A DNA stretch of 7,025 nt. Source: Octopus sinensis. Its lineage: Eukaryota. A program made the translations under genes and the position numbers. Positions 5,813 through 7,025 of the stretch are shown here, in pieces. The first letter of the stretch is position 1. Each line of letters opens with the position of its first letter. Location of the stretch: assembly GCF_006345805.1 (NCBI RefSeq), contig NW_021829054.1, positions 1 through 7,025 of the forward strand, given 5' to 3'. A model generated the notes under the pieces. It saw only the letters and a program-made list of their open reading frames with translations. It was not told the origin of the DNA and made no database searches.

Positions 5813-6790
5813 GCTTGAATGCGCACACACGCATACACTACACCCCCACCCCCACCAAACACATCCTACGAGTGAGTGAACAAGTGAAAGAAAAACACTC
5901 AACGTATTTAGTTGTAGGTATTGAATAACAGTGTTGAACTTGGGTCTACTTCACTGAAAGGCGCATAACGGATCCATCTCTTCAGATGAACAGAGTTTGA
6001 GTGAAGAGAATTCAAGAAAGATTAAAAACAAAAAGCAAAAAGCAAGAGTTAAATGGCTTCTTATCAGAATCGTTAGAGTGTAGGTCAGAATGCTTTGTGG
6101 TATCTGCATCGGTCATATCTTGAAAAGCCAGAGGCTATAGCGAAAAGAGTTAGATGGCGAGGGTGTTAAAAATACCCTTGTTAAATCCAGAAGTGCCGAA
6201 ACACGAAACTAAATACTGACTGCATGAAGTAATTCTAGTTCGGTGCAGCGCTGTAGACTTTCTGTCAAACACGCTGATGATCAAAATGTCTAAGGAAGTT
6301 GTCTAGTCAAGACAATCGATCCTCACTTTCATCTTAAAAAGATCACATTAGAAAATTATGTATTCTGAGTAGTCATATCCGGAACACCTTAAATATAGAT
6401 TTAAATAACTGGTGCTGATATGGGTCTAAGCAATAATATACACAGGAAGAGCTCTGCCAAATATCTCGAGTTTGAAGAAAACATTGAGAAACAGTTGATA
6501 AACTCCGTGAAATAGCAATTGTTAATGTTAGTGATTGTCCTCATGTCAATCCTGTTTAAAGAAGTCCGAAAGTAACGACCTGTCTTTTATGCTTTGCGTG
6601 TGCGTGTGTGAATAATGACAAAATCAAATATAGATATTTTGAATGCATTTAATATTTATGTTTCAAGTAGTTACGTAAGATAACTGTTACATAATACGAA
6701 GCTCGTCAGTCAACGTTTGACAATATAAAAGAATATCAAGATATGCTCTGTATAGAGTAGCTATTCAGAAAGACTTAGAAAACTCATCGA

Positions 6791-6880
6791 TATGTGTGTG
6801 TGTGTGTGTGCATGTGTATGTGTGAGTGTGTGCTAACAGCATATATATATATAATATATATATATATATTATATATATAA
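6791..6880. repeat. (TG)n and (TA)n microsatellites
   Basis: Read directly. Confidence 0.92.
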
Positions 6881-6883
6881 TCT

Positions 6884-7025
6884 AAACAAAGAAGAACAAA
6901 CAAGAAAAAACAACAACGCGAGGATGTGGTACAATACTGTATTATCAGACGCTCAGGAAAGGAAGAAAGAGGATTTTACGTTTCGAGCAAAGCTCCTCTT
7001 CAGAAATAGATGTAAGTCCAAAAGA
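6884..7025 (-). mobile_element. 3' end of a Penelope-like / retrozyme-like repeat continuing beyond the window edge
   Basis: Contains CTGAAGA..GAAACG hammerhead core followed by a pyrimidine-rich tail that ends at a (TA)n tract. This layout fits Penelope-like pseudo-LTRs, and the sequence resembles an abundant octopus repeat I recall. No RT or GIY-YIG coding sequence is visible. Confidence 0.55.
6973..7007 (-). ncRNA. Minimal type-I hammerhead ribozyme motif
   Basis: Minus strand ATTT-CTGAAGA-G-GAGC-TTT-GCTC-GAAA-CG-TA-AAAT: stem I ATTT/AAAT, core CUGANGA and GAAA, stem II GAGC/GCTC, palindromic ACGU stem III, GUA cleavage triplet. Confidence 0.62.

Noticed and set aside
6274-6300. CTGATGA motif (hammerhead core or snoRNA box)
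   Set aside because: No GAAA or stem II downstream and no convincing C/D box pairing.
5880-6600. Protein-like patches in frame +3 (SSDEQSLSEENSRKIKNKKQK; KYLEFEENIEKQLINSVK) and on the minus strand (MTDADTTKHSDLHSNDSDKK)
   Set aside because: Stop density is about that expected for random AT-rich DNA; no recognisable family or consistent splice model.

Overview
AT-rich, repeat-dense eukaryotic genomic DNA, intronic or intergenic. The SINE families look like those I recall from Octopus (cephalopod) genomes; this is recognition from memory, not a database result. No protein-coding gene can be supported with confidence. Roughly half the window is retroposon or DNA-transposon debris plus microsatellites. 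It holds about 7 full or partial copies of one tRNA-derived SINE family, single copies of two other SINE families, the 3' tip of an RTE-clade LINE, a hAT/Tip100-like MITE and one end of a hAT/Charlie-like element. Best leads: (1) a minimal type-I hammerhead ribozyme motif on the minus strand at 6973-7007, in a Penelope-like or retrozyme-like repeat running off the right edge; (2) an intact SINE flanked by a 48-bp direct repeat, an unusually long target-site duplication; (3) a 31-bp-stem hairpin at 1378-1475; (4) an unclassified ~115-140 bp element present twice in direct orientation and probably once inverted; (5) an unexplained coding-like island at ~660-1200.
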